Virus record (IMG/VR): IMGVR_UViG_3300050821_007029
Source: an uncultured virus (IMG/VR IMGVR_UViG_3300050821_007029)
Taxonomy: Duplodnaviria > Heunggongvirae > Uroviricota > Caudoviricetes
DNA length: 64,000 nt
Direction: 5' to 3' (one strand)
Below, in pieces: positions 39,183 to 48,887 of this stretch; within the stretch, counting starts at the first letter, position 1; every line of letters begins with the position of its first letter. Under the pieces are notes generated by a model, which saw nothing but the letters and a program-made list of their open reading frames with translations, was not told the origin of the DNA and did not search any database. The position numbers were made by a program, and so were the translations under genes.

Positions 39183-39806
39183 TCAGGGATTGACCCACTT
39201 CAGTGTTAGCCGCGACTGCGAACCGCTGAAACAGCCGTGAGCGCGGACGTTGGAACCGGAACGCGTATAGAACTCCATGCACTGCGGATAAGCGCCGCCG
39301 CGGCCAGTGTTATTGGTCGCCACCACGTTGACCAGCTTGAACGAAGCGGTATGCGGCACCGGGAGGTAGACCCACAGCGCCCGCTTCGCGGAACAGGGGC
39401 CGATGACGATATAGCCGGGGGAAGACGCGGACTCGACCTGGCAGAGTGAGCGGTTGTTGTCGAACGGCAACGTGATCAGCTGGGCGCCGTTGAACTGGTG
39501 AGCCACGCCACTGTTCTTGAGGGGACCGCTGAGGGTGACGTGGCCAGCGCGGGAGAAACGCGTGTCATAGCCGGATGGCACGCCGTACATGTACTCGCCG
39601 CTTTTCGTGGTGCCGTGCTGGGGGGCGTCGTAGCGGCCACCGGAGACATGCTCCAGAAAATAGGGGCCCGGCTTGGCGGGCATGCGGGTAACAGGAGCGG
39701 AGATGGTGTGGGGGACACGCGTGGCGGCCATGGCGGGCGCGGCGAGGGTGAAACAGGCGGCGATGGCGGCGGAAACCGCCAGGGCCGCGCGGACACGGAA
39801 ACGCAT
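39183..39806 (-). CDS. secreted protein, possible ricin-type beta-trefoil part
   Basis: signal peptide ending AMA; LCQ...VIGPC...W pattern. Confidence 0.65.
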   Translation of the reverse strand: MRFRVRAALAVSAAIAACFTLAAPAMAATRVPHTISAPVTRMPAKPGPYFLEHVSGGRYDAPQHGTTKSGEYMYGVPSGYDTRFSRAGHVTLSGPLKNSGVAHQFNGAQLITLPFDNNRSLCQVESASSPGYIVIGPCSAKRALWVYLPVPHTASFKLVNVVATNNTGRGGAYPQCMEFYTRSGSNVRAHGCFSGSQSRLTLKWVNP

Positions 39807-39984
39807 GTGGTTCCTTCCAGATCGTGATGGCTGGTGAACAGGTCCCCGGCCGGGTGCCAGCCTGACTTACCCGGCCGGGGACGACTATGGGTGACGCAAA
39901 CCCGGGCGGCCCGATGCCGCCGCGGGGCGGAACCCTGGCCCGGGCACCACCACGGAAGCGCCCGGGCCAGGAACCAGTTGGGTG

Positions 39985-41262
39985 TTACAGGGCCGCGGCG
40001 AGTTCCATCGCCTGCACCGCGGCACGCTCAATGTCGTACGCCCGGTCCGGGCTGTCGACGGTCTGCGCGAACGAACTCACGGCCTGCATCACGCCGCCCG
40101 CGGTCAGCTGGCCGCCGGCGACGAAATGAGCCAGGACACCCGCGCGCTCAGCCTCGGTGAAGCCCAGCTTCCTGGTGACGGTCTCCACCGCGGCGGCGGG
40201 GTCAGCGACACGGATGCCAGCCTTCTCCTCCACCCACGCGACGGTCTTCGCCAGCCACTCCGGGTTCAGCCACTCCTGAACCGCGTCCCGGGTGCGGGCG
40301 GCGACCACCGCGAGTTCTTTCCGCTGCGTGTCGGCTGACTCCGCGACGACACCCGCGTCATGCCGGGAGCCGAGATGAACCTTGCGGAGGCTGTCGGCGA
40401 GGATGACGAGGCCGTTGTCACACACCCTGACCTTGATCAGGGGATTCAGGTTGAACGCGCCGTCACCCGTCTCCGAGTTGCTGATCCTGAAACCAGCCCA
40501 GACGATCGGCTCAGCGCCCTCGTCGAAACCCTTCCCCTCACGCCCAGCGGCGGCCCGGCCGCGCTGCAGCGACCACCCGTTGGCCCGCTGAATGGTGGGG
40601 TCGGCGAACGGGCTGCGGTAACTGGTCAGCAGCAGCGGCGCGAGCATCCGCACCCCCGGAGCCTCCAGCGTGACCGTCATCCGCCGCTCCGACAGGTCAC
40701 AGGTGGTGACGTGGGCGTCGGCACCGGAGTCCTGAACACCCTGCAAAGCGGCGGTGAGGACGTCGAGATGGTCCATCGTGGTCCGGTAAGAGTCGGACAG
40801 CATCGCCCGGCCCACACCCACGCCGTCGTCGCCGCGGAACAGCCGCAGCATGAACTTCCGGGTGTCCGGCTCGCGGATGACCTTGACGTCCATCGTGTTC
40901 CCGGACGCGTCCGGGACGGGCACCTCGTGGCCGTGGAGCCAGCCGTTGGCGTTGGCGTCGTACAGGTCCGGTGCCTCGTTCCGCATCCGGCGGACGTAGG
41001 CGCGGGGCACACCCAGCTTCTCAGCCAGGCCCTCGTCGAACACCTCGGTCGGCTGGTAGATCCCGTCGACCGTCTGAACCCCGTCGTCGGTGATCTCAGC
41101 TTCGACACCGTTGACGATCAGCTGGGTGCCTTCGAACCGCATCGCGGCGGCGTTCGCGACCACGTCGAGCTTGCGGCCCTGCTGTTCGGAGAGGATCTTC
41201 GCGATTTTGTCGAGCCCGGCGAACCGGGCGGTGAGGGGAATGGCTGGCGCGTCAGGAGCCAT
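39985..41262 (-). CDS. DUF932-related phage protein
   Basis: RAMLSDSY, ISNSETG, VCDNGL motifs; GAAGGA RBS after promoter. Confidence 0.75.
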   Translation of the reverse strand: MAPDAPAIPLTARFAGLDKIAKILSEQQGRKLDVVANAAAMRFEGTQLIVNGVEAEITDDGVQTVDGIYQPTEVFDEGLAEKLGVPRAYVRRMRNEAPDLYDANANGWLHGHEVPVPDASGNTMDVKVIREPDTRKFMLRLFRGDDGVGVGRAMLSDSYRTTMDHLDVLTAALQGVQDSGADAHVTTCDLSERRMTVTLEAPGVRMLAPLLLTSYRSPFADPTIQRANGWSLQRGRAAAGREGKGFDEGAEPIVWAGFRISNSETGDGAFNLNPLIKVRVCDNGLVILADSLRKVHLGSRHDAGVVAESADTQRKELAVVAARTRDAVQEWLNPEWLAKTVAWVEEKAGIRVADPAAAVETVTRKLGFTEAERAGVLAHFVAGGQLTAGGVMQAVSSFAQTVDSPDRAYDIERAAVQAMELAAAL

Positions 41263-41279
41263 GTGGGCTTTCCTTCCGG

Positions 41280-41330
41280 GTGGTGGTGGTTGTCCCCCCC
41301 CAGTGTATGTAGAAAAGTAGAAAAGAGCAA
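41280..41330 (-). promoter_or_regulatory. promoter TTGCTC-17-TACACT with tandem boxes
   Basis: spacer is TTTTCTAC-TTTTCTACA. Confidence 0.85.
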
Positions 41331-41672
41331 TCGTGGTCACGGAATCGCGACGGCCACGATGATCGCCAGCACCGCTGATGGCAGCACCCACACCGGCGCC
41401 CCGTGGATCACATGAACAGCGGACAGCCACGCCACCCCAGCCAGGATCAGCGCGACGACGATCAGCAGCCAGCGGAACAGGTCAGAAGCCTTCACGGCGT
41501 CTCCATCCTCAAAGGGCCGACTGGAACGCCGCCACCGGCACAGTGACCGGCGCGCTATCCGGGATCACCCGGCGCAGCGTCTCACCGAGGGTCGCCTCGT
41601 CCAGGGCGGGCAGCTCCCCGAACGGCACCTCACGAAGATCGGAGACCACCGAAACCACCGGCTCGCTGAGTT

Positions 41673-42035
41673 TCACGGGACGTTCACCTCTTCGGGGCCA
41701 TCAACCCATACCTCACCATCCGGTGGGCCATACGTTGGGGTGCCACGCGGCGCCGGCCGTTCAAGTTCCCACCGGGCCACCGGAGCCGACCCACCCGACA
41801 TCGCGCCGACAGCCCGCGCGGTTTCCTCATCGGTGATGGTGAGGCAGTAGAACGCCTGCGGCCACGGCAGGAACTGTGTCATCACCGGCGGGCCAGTCAG
41901 GCCATGCACGTCCACCCGCAGATACGTTGACTCGGCTAGGGAACCCTGGTCCGACGACACGCGCCCGCCGACACGGCGGCGGCCCATCAGCTCCACGATC
42001 GCCCACTCGCCGAACCGGGCGTCCTCAGAGACCAT
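41673..42035 (-). CDS. phage hypothetical protein
   Basis: WAIVELMG...RVDV...TQF...TDEETA. Confidence 0.7.
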   Translation of the reverse strand: MVSEDARFGEWAIVELMGRRRVGGRVSSDQGSLAESTYLRVDVHGLTGPPVMTQFLPWPQAFYCLTITDEETARAVGAMSGGSAPVARWELERPAPRGTPTYGPPDGEVWVDGPEEVNVP

Positions 42036-42975
42036 GCGAATCAAGCCAGGAGATGGCCGCCTGAGCGTCGGTGCGGACCAGCGACGCCAGCTCCCCCAGC
42101 AGACCCTGAGCGGGCGCCGGAGAGGGCCCAGGCACCGGGGCGGGGCTGGGCGGCACCACGTACGGGAACGGGCGGCCCGTGATCACCTGGTAGTCGGAGG
42201 CGAACTGGGCCATGTCCACACCCTGCATGAACTCCAGCGACCCAAGCATCTCCGGCCAGATCACCACCCACGCTTCCTCAACCGCACTGGCCCAGAACGA
42301 GTCATCGAAACTCGTCTCAGCGGCCCAGGTCACGAACCGCTCATCGCCCCCCAGCGGGCCGGGGCCGGGCGGCCCGTAGCCGCCGGTGAGGACCGCGTGG
42401 CCGCCAGCGGCCTGCGCCGACGGATCCCATGACCACGGCTGGCCCGCGGCGAACTCCTGCTCGTTGACATCGAGGACGGTGATCCCCGTCAGCAGCGACC
42501 CGAACAGGGCGATCGCCGCCTTGACCTCAGCGGTGCGGGCAGGGTTGACCTGCGCGAACCCGACCGCCTTGACACCGTCGGGGCCGCCGGTCTTCGTCAG
42601 GTACTCCAGCAGCGTCTGCAGGTCCATCCCGCCGTCCGCGGGACTGCCTGGGCCGTCTACCGCCGGATCACCGTTGGGGTCGAACCCTGGGTTTTGCGAA
42701 GCGTAGACGCTGTAGACCATGGCCAGATCCGGGTAGCGGGCCGTGCCGGTCAGGGCAGCCGTGACCAGTCTCCGGTTATTGGCCCACGAAACCGCGGCGC
42801 AATCACCCACGGTGTCGTTGCCGAGCATCTGCCAGCCACCATCCAGCGCGGCGAGGTAATCCGCGGCCACCGGATGCGCTGGGACCACACCAGTCAGCAG
42901 GGGGGCCAGCTGAACCGCTGGCTTCCGCGACGGTGGCCGGCGGCCGTACGCGCCAGGCGCACGCTGCCCGCTCAC
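42025..42975 (-). CDS. papain-like (C1-type) cysteine peptidase
   Basis: GNDTVGDC nucleophile; GGHAVLTGGY; VTW. Confidence 0.75.
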   Translation of the reverse strand: MSGQRAPGAYGRRPPSRKPAVQLAPLLTGVVPAHPVAADYLAALDGGWQMLGNDTVGDCAAVSWANNRRLVTAALTGTARYPDLAMVYSVYASQNPGFDPNGDPAVDGPGSPADGGMDLQTLLEYLTKTGGPDGVKAVGFAQVNPARTAEVKAAIALFGSLLTGITVLDVNEQEFAAGQPWSWDPSAQAAGGHAVLTGGYGPPGPGPLGGDERFVTWAAETSFDDSFWASAVEEAWVVIWPEMLGSLEFMQGVDMAQFASDYQVITGRPFPYVVPPSPAPVPGPSPAPAQGLLGELASLVRTDAQAAISWLDSHGL

Positions 42976-43438
42976 GCGTCCTCACCAGCAACCGGGGCCT
43001 GCCCGTTCTCGGCCGCCTGCCCACCCGCCGAGTACACGTCGATCGTCCACGCGATCACCCGTCGCCGCGCTGGCTCCGGCAGGGCCGACAGGACCCGTTC
43101 CATCGTCTGCATCGCCGCGGTTTCCTGCGCCAGTTCCCGTGACTGCGCCACGTCTCAGTCCTCCCGAACGTCGATCAGCAGCGGCGTCAGGGAGCCGCCG
43201 TCGAACCCGGACGAAGCCGGTGTGCGTGTCCACACCCGCCCCTTCTGGTCAAGCCACCCAACACGGCGCAGCGTCGCCGACGGGCGGTCAGCACGCGCCA
43301 CGGCCAGGTCGCCGTTGACGTCGCGGACCTCATCCGCGTGAACACGCCAGTTCTCACCGTCGGACGCGCTCATCCCCGTGTAGTGGGCCACGGCGGTCTC
43401 TGCGGGGCGCCCAGCGACCGGCGACATGAAAGCACCCA

Positions 43439-43825
43439 TCAGACGATGCCCAGCCGCGGCGGGGCGTCGCCGCCGACCTCGTCCATGTCCTCGGGGCGCC
43501 CCTCGGCGAAGTCGTCGGCGACCTGGCCATGCTCGAACGGCAGCTGCTCCGCGCCCGTCCGCGCCGCGAGTTCCCCGCCGAGGATCTCACTCGCCACCGC
43601 GATGTTGTCGGACGTGACGAGCTCCACATGGCGGAGCCGCACCACCGGGTACGCGACGCCCTTGTCGTGGTCGGTGACGGTCTTCACCACGTCGATCATC
43701 GCGACGATCAGGCGGCACTTCGTCGGATCCGCCATCAGATCCTTCGCGTACGTCCGCAGCGCGTTCGTGTTACTGGGCGGCATGGTGCCCGCCAGCGTCA
43801 CGAGGTCACCCTTGTCAGCAGCCAT
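43439..43825 (-). CDS. hypothetical protein
   Basis: RBS then ATGTAGAAA box directly before ATG. Confidence 0.7.
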   Translation of the reverse strand: MAADKGDLVTLAGTMPPSNTNALRTYAKDLMADPTKCRLIVAMIDVVKTVTDHDKGVAYPVVRLRHVELVTSDNIAVASEILGGELAARTGAEQLPFEHGQVADDFAEGRPEDMDEVGGDAPPRLGIV

Positions 43826-43854
43826 GGTTTCTACATCCCTTCCGCTCGGTCATG

Positions 43855-44385
43855 CTACACATCCGCCGCCCCGGTCACCGGCAAAGCCAGCTGGCCGGGT
43901 CTCACCACACATCCCACTTCGATCACCGCGCCCGGGCGGGCCAGCGCCCACCGATGCGGCCCACCCGGGTACGTCTTCGCCACGTCCGCGAACCGCACGA
44001 TCCGCGCGTCATCCCGGATCGCCCCAGCGGTCACCAAAGCGTCCTCGGTCGCGCGGACGAGCTTGCTCAAATCGGGGACATCCTCCGGCCACTCCGGCGC
44101 GTCATCCCGCAGCCGATCCGCGTGGACACCCGTCCGGAAATGCGCCGCTGGCCGCGCCAAAGTGAACACCATCGACGCCCACAGGGGCCCATCCAAAGCC
44201 GGCTGCCCAAACGACGCCACCCGCGCCGCCGCCTCGACCGCTTCCCGCCACGCCTTCAGGTACTTCGACTTCTCCACCAGGCTGAACCGGCCATTGAACT
44301 CACCGGCGGTCTTGAGCGGGATGACGTCCTTGGAGCCCTGCGGCGCCGGACGGCCCGCCACCGTGAACCGGAACCCCGGACTCAC
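43855..44385 (-). CDS. rusA: RusA-like Holliday junction resolvase
   Basis: PAPQGSK, PDLSKLVRATEDAL, DDARIV. Confidence 0.9.
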   Translation of the reverse strand: MSPGFRFTVAGRPAPQGSKDVIPLKTAGEFNGRFSLVEKSKYLKAWREAVEAAARVASFGQPALDGPLWASMVFTLARPAAHFRTGVHADRLRDDAPEWPEDVPDLSKLVRATEDALVTAGAIRDDARIVRFADVAKTYPGGPHRWALARPGAVIEVGCVVRPGQLALPVTGAADV

Positions 44386-44918
44386 CTGCGGCCGCCGCTT
44401 CGCCTGAACTCCGGAACGGTGTCATCACCCAGGTCGTCGTCCCCACCGCGGAAGCGGCGGTGTGCCCGGCAACCAAGCGACACCGATCCGCACCACCACC
44501 AGGACCCGCAGTTAAAACAACGCTGGAACGTCCCCGTGTCGTCACCGACCAGTTCCCAGGTGAGGCGACCGAGCGTCGGCGCCAAGCCAACAACCACCAG
44601 TTCGTATTCGCCCGTGCATTCGCAATCACCACGGCCACGCGCCGGGCAGTCCGGGAAGTGCGACACTGCCTCGGCGAGTTCGCGGGTTTTGTCCAGACCG
44701 CCCACCGACGGCCCCTTGACTTCCAGCCAGGTAGCGATCTTCGGCAAGTAAAAGTCCGGGCGGTACAGCGTCCCCGACGGCAGCCGCACCGCCTCGGGCT
44801 CGTACTGCCAGATGACATTCAGCCCGTCGAGCGTCACCGCCCAGTCGGCTTCCAGCGTTGACCGGAACCGGACGCCCGCGTAAGCCACGGGCACCCGCCC
44901 CACAGCGCCCGAACTCAC
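44382..44918 (-). CDS. PD-(D/E)XK endonuclease
   Basis: FRSTLEA, YEPE, YRPDF, LEVKG. Confidence 0.85.
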   Translation of the reverse strand: MSSGAVGRVPVAYAGVRFRSTLEADWAVTLDGLNVIWQYEPEAVRLPSGTLYRPDFYLPKIATWLEVKGPSVGGLDKTRELAEAVSHFPDCPARGRGDCECTGEYELVVVGLAPTLGRLTWELVGDDTGTFQRCFNCGSWWWCGSVSLGCRAHRRFRGGDDDLGDDTVPEFRRSGGRR

Positions 44919-45391
44919 TGGGCCATCAACTGAGCCCCGGCCATGTCTTCGTCACAGCCGGCCTTACCCGGGAACCGGCCTTCGGGGTCGGGCCACATCA
45001 GCTGCAGGTGCGGCACCTCCCGCCCGTAATGGGCGGTGGACACACCGAAGCTGAACGGCTCCCGGTACGCCGCCGGAACCTCCGCGACGAGCATCGGGTA
45101 GCCGGTGATCAGCTCCTCCGGGCGGTCACCCGGGGTGAACCGGCCGCCATCCTCGATCATCTTGACGGCGGTGACCAGGATCGGGTGCGCCATCCCGGAA
45201 TCCACGCCAGCGATCACCAGTTCCGGGTGCCCGTGGGTTTCGGTCAGGCCCGTCGTGTAGGTGAACGGCGGGTTCGCGAGGACACCCGTGGCGTGCCAGC
45301 CGACATGGCGGATGTTCTCAGCGCAGCCATGCAGGATCACGTCCGCGGACGGGTGTGAGCAGCGGCTGCCGTGCTTGTGGTGGTTAGGCAT
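44915..45391 (-). CDS. DUF4262 domain protein
   Basis: FTYTTGL..HGHPEL...QLMWPDPEGRFP. Confidence 0.85.
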   Translation of the reverse strand: MPNHHKHGSRCSHPSADVILHGCAENIRHVGWHATGVLANPPFTYTTGLTETHGHPELVIAGVDSGMAHPILVTAVKMIEDGGRFTPGDRPEELITGYPMLVAEVPAAYREPFSFGVSTAHYGREVPHLQLMWPDPEGRFPGKAGCDEDMAGAQLMAQ

Positions 45392-46673
45392 GATCTTCCT
45401 CCAGTGGGTCGCTCAGGGTGCCGTCCGGGTAGACGGGCACCCACGGCCAGCCTTGCGCTGACATGACGTTGCGGTGGAGCTTCCTCGGCCAGGTGCGGCC
45501 CTCCTCACGGTCGCCGCGGAACGTGTCGATCAGCAGCGCCCCCTCCGGCTCGCCTTTCCCCGCCGGGAGCAGCGACAGCCCAAACTCGGGCCAGTTCGAC
45601 CACCGCCCCGAACCACCCGGCCGCATCGGCACGTTCCTCGCCGACCCGATCACCAGCGGCGGATGTGTTTCCAGCCATAGCGCGCACCCGTAGCGGTCAC
45701 GGATGCGGTCCCAGAAATCCGTCACCGCCGTGTGGTCGGCGCGTTCCCCGATGTCGGCGTGCATCTTGTAGATCGGGCCCGCGCAGATCACCTCCGGCCG
45801 CGCCTGCCGGATCCGCGACGCCAGCAGATGCGCGTTACCTGGTTTCGACAGGTCCAGGCCCGCCGGGTGGGAGAACACCCGCAGCGCGTCCGGATCGTAG
45901 CCCTCGTGGCGTTTGGCGACGGCGAGGAGCTTGTTCATCTTCGACCGCACCAGGTAGCGCGGATTCTCCAAGTCGATGATCATCGCCCGCAGTGGCCGCA
46001 TCGGGGTCCACGCGAACGGATGCACCCCCGCCGCGCACGCCGCCGCGATCTGATACGCCAGATACGTCTTGCCGCTGCCCGGGCGGCCAACGACGACGAC
46101 GCGGTCCTCCCGGTTCAGCAGGCCCGGGATCACCGGCACCGGCTGCGCGCGGGGGGACGCGACGAACCGCTCGGCGGTCATCGCCTCGTCAGCGTCACCA
46201 TCAAGCGCCGACGCGGTCGCGGCGGCGCGGTCGATGTCGTCCTGGCAGCCCGCGACGAAGTCACCGATCGGGTCGTGGCCGTTGCCCGCGACGCGCTGCA
46301 GCATCCGCGTCGCCGCCTCCGCGACCCGGCGGCGCACCGCCCGGTCCAGCACCAGGCGGGCGTGAGATTCCACCCCGAACGCTGGCAGCGCGTACAGCTC
46401 CAGCAGGTACTCCCCGCAGCGCGCCTCACCGCCGAACACCTTCGCGTCGCCATCACGGGTGATCCAGTCCTTCAGCGTGACCACCGTCACCTGCGTCCCC
46501 GCGGCGTACATCGACACCATCGCCTGAAAGATCACCTGATGGGCCGGGCGCAGGAAATCACCGGCGGTGAGGATCCCCGCCGCCGCCTCCACCCCACGCG
46601 GCCCGGCGAACATGCCAGCCAGGGTGTACCGCTCCGCCTGAAGATCCTGCGGCGGCGCGGACGTGGTGGTCAC
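45384..46673 (-). CDS. replicative helicase (DnaB N-terminal domain + RecA/AAA_25 ATPase)
   Basis: PPQDLQAE...DFLRPAHQVIF; Walker A GRPGSGKT; DLEN. Confidence 0.85.
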   Translation of the reverse strand: MTTTSAPPQDLQAERYTLAGMFAGPRGVEAAAGILTAGDFLRPAHQVIFQAMVSMYAAGTQVTVVTLKDWITRDGDAKVFGGEARCGEYLLELYALPAFGVESHARLVLDRAVRRRVAEAATRMLQRVAGNGHDPIGDFVAGCQDDIDRAAATASALDGDADEAMTAERFVASPRAQPVPVIPGLLNREDRVVVVGRPGSGKTYLAYQIAAACAAGVHPFAWTPMRPLRAMIIDLENPRYLVRSKMNKLLAVAKRHEGYDPDALRVFSHPAGLDLSKPGNAHLLASRIRQARPEVICAGPIYKMHADIGERADHTAVTDFWDRIRDRYGCALWLETHPPLVIGSARNVPMRPGGSGRWSNWPEFGLSLLPAGKGEPEGALLIDTFRGDREEGRTWPRKLHRNVMSAQGWPWVPVYPDGTLSDPLEEDHA

Positions 46674-47035
46674 TCGCCGGCCTCAAGCTGGCGGGCGGCC
46701 TGCTGGCGTTTGTGCTCGAGCAGCGGCACCGGCCCATGCTCGGTGACGATCACCAGGTCCTCATCCGCCTCCCGGCCGCCGATGGGCATCGGTTTCCCGG
46801 CGCCGACGCGCCACAGCCACTGCCGCTGCCACTCGTCGATGATCTGCGCCAGGTGACCCGGCTCGACCCAGATGCCAGGTTCGTCGTGCTTGAACTGCTT
46901 CAGCGCCGCCACCGTGTCGCCAGCGCGGTAGAGGCCGAGGATGGAATGCCACGCCTCGACATCCGCGGCGCCGACCGTGCGGCGGTCGAACGCCGCCACC
47001 ATCGCGAGCAGTTCCGCTGTCTCACCCTTGTTCAC
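46670..47035 (-). CDS. putative helicase loader
   Basis: LLAMVAAFDRRTVG...AW; between initiator and helicase. Confidence 0.7.
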   Translation of the reverse strand: MNKGETAELLAMVAAFDRRTVGAADVEAWHSILGLYRAGDTVAALKQFKHDEPGIWVEPGHLAQIIDEWQRQWLWRVGAGKPMPIGGREADEDLVIVTEHGPVPLLEHKRQQAARQLEAGE

Positions 47036-47036
47036 A

Positions 47037-47939
47037 TCATTCCCCTTTCTGGTGGTAGTGGTCCGCGAGGCTAAGCGCCTGGTCGACGGCCGCATCAGTG
47101 GTGGAGGGTCTATGGCCGTTAGAGGCGGTGCGTTCCCCGTCTGCTTGAAGGCGCAGCCTGTCGTAATGCTTGCGCAGCTTGGTCATCGACATGATGTTGG
47201 ACCGCCAGAACTCGTTCGCCTGGCACCAGTCGATCGCCCACGCTATTTGGCTCTCGCTGAGGCCGTCCTTGTCGAGCATCAGGCGGGCCGTGTCACGCCA
47301 GCCCTTTGTGATCGTGGGCCGCCGCGAGCCGTTCCCTACGATCCGGTCGGCGAGGTGGCGGCAGAGCCGCTCGACATCCTGTCGGGCCTCAGCGACGGCG
47401 CCCTTGGTGGGGGCGGCTTCGGCGACCGCCGGCGTTTTAACAGAACCACCAACTACATGTACCTCTACAGAGGTACTTCTTTTCTGGGAACCAGGCGCCC
47501 TAGGGTAGGGCACCTCCTGCCCTAGATTTGGGGTCTCCTGGGGAACCTGGTGCCCTAGGTTGCCTGTTTCCGCAGGCGGGCCCTGGGGAACGTCGTGCCC
47601 TAGGGCGGGTGGGGGTAGGGCACTAGGTTCCCTAGGGATGAGCAGGCGATATCCGGTCTTCGTGCCAGCCCGGGCCTCCTCCAGCGAGGGCCGGTTGCGC
47701 TCCACCCACCCCGCCTGGTCGAGCAGATCGAGGTGCTCCGTGACGGCCCGCCGGCTCAGCCCGGTCGCCTGCGCGATCTCGCTCAGGCTCTTGCGGTGCT
47801 GGCGCAAAATGGTCGCCGTGGCGTTATCCGACCACAGCAGAAGTGTCAACACGATATGGCGGCTCGGCGCCGGCAGCGAACTCGCCGTCACGGCGCGCTC
47901 CACTTCGGAACGCGTTGGCCGCGGTTCTTTCGCCGCCAC
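47037..47939 (-). CDS. replication initiator (N-terminal wHTH, lambda O-like layout)
   Basis: wHTH, Pro-rich linker with iterons, C-terminal FWRSNIMSMTKLRKHYDRL. Confidence 0.85.
   Translation of the reverse strand: MAAKEPRPTRSEVERAVTASSLPAPSRHIVLTLLLWSDNATATILRQHRKSLSEIAQATGLSRRAVTEHLDLLDQAGWVERNRPSLEEARAGTKTGYRLLIPREPSALPPPALGHDVPQGPPAETGNLGHQVPQETPNLGQEVPYPRAPGSQKRSTSVEVHVVGGSVKTPAVAEAAPTKGAVAEARQDVERLCRHLADRIVGNGSRRPTITKGWRDTARLMLDKDGLSESQIAWAIDWCQANEFWRSNIMSMTKLRKHYDRLRLQADGERTASNGHRPSTTDAAVDQALSLADHYHQKGE
47486..47635. repeat. five 18-bp iterons, putative replication origin
   Basis: GGG(A/C)AC-N4-Y(G/T)CCCTAG at 47486, 47508, 47541, 47586, 47618; AT-richer flank 47435-47485. Confidence 0.85.
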
Positions 47940-47940
47940 A

Positions 47941-48294
47941 TCAGGACTCGGGGACCGCGTTGGGCACACGCAGCCAGTAGCCCGTTTTGACGCCCTGGCA
48001 GGCGACGGACAGCGGCGGCCGTTTGCGGGTTATCCACCCGGCGTCTTCCAGCTGGGTCAGGTGCCGGCAGACGGTGCTTCTGGATAGGGACGTGGCGCGG
48101 CAAATCTCGTTGAGGCTGCGGCTTTGATCGGTGGGGACCGCGGCAGCCGCCGCGTCGGACCACACCGCCAGCGCCAGGATGAGGGTCTTGCCGGGGGCGG
48201 GGAGGTCGCTGGCGAGGACCGCCCGCTCCACCTCGGCTCGCGTGGGGATGCGCATCCCGGGACGCCGCGACGCGGGATCGGCTATCGTAGGCAC
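47941..48294 (-). CDS. wHTH protein paralogous to the initiator N-terminus
   Basis: PTRAEVERAVLASDLPAP vs PTRSEVERAVTASSLPAP. Confidence 0.85.
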   Translation of the reverse strand: MPTIADPASRRPGMRIPTRAEVERAVLASDLPAPGKTLILALAVWSDAAAAAVPTDQSRSLNEICRATSLSRSTVCRHLTQLEDAGWITRKRPPLSVACQGVKTGYWLRVPNAVPES

Positions 48295-48319
48295 ATCAAG
48301 CCTCCAGGCGTGGAGCTTG

Positions 48320-48365
48320 CGGAGGGCCAGCCGACCCGCTAAGGGGCTGGCCCTCCGGTGTTTTT
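48320..48365 (+). terminator. intrinsic terminator in antisense orientation
   Basis: 13-bp stem cggagggccagcc/ggctggccctccg then GTGTTTTT. Confidence 0.7.
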
Positions 48366-48428
48366 CAGGCTCGGATTCCCTAGACCCTACTCCGCACTAG
48401 CGGTCCGTGGCGGTCCTAACCCCAACTT

Positions 48429-48887
48429 TCACTCCTGCCCCGACACCCAGGAGTAGCCGCCCTCATCATCGATCAGGGCGAGCTGGCCGTCCCACAGGAT
48501 CATGGCCCGTTTGCGGAAGTCGCCGCCGGAGGGGACGAGAAACCCCCGCCCACGCGCCTCGGCAGGATGGTCGTGGATGTAGCCGTGGCAGATCCGGCTG
48601 ACGCTGGCTCCGTTGGACGCTACGTCGGGGCCGCCGTGGGCGGTGGTGAGCCGGTGGTGGAAATCCTGCGCCTGGTCCTTCCCGCACCACTCGCAGCGGC
48701 CCCCGAGCGGGCGGGCCAGCACCAGGGCGTTGAGCGTTTCCCAGTCGTGCTGTGGGAGGAGCCCGCCGATGTCGACGCGGAGTTTGCGGGGTGTCTTGTT
48801 CCGCAGCCCCTTGCGGCGCTTGAGTCCTTTCGGTGTGCGTGGCTGACGGGGTGGTGGCTTCGGATAGGGGCCCGGCCACTCGCTCAC
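48429..48887 (-). CDS. HNH endonuclease
   Basis: CEWC...HH...N...CH..IH; GTGA overlap. Confidence 0.8.
   Translation of the reverse strand: MSEWPGPYPKPPPRQPRTPKGLKRRKGLRNKTPRKLRVDIGGLLPQHDWETLNALVLARPLGGRCEWCGKDQAQDFHHRLTTAHGGPDVASNGASVSRICHGYIHDHPAEARGRGFLVPSGGDFRKRAMILWDGQLALIDDEGGYSWVSGQE

Noticed and set aside
47443..47455. GAACCACCAACTA shared with 60628-60640
   Set aside because: Only two copies in unrelated contexts; cannot be separated from chance
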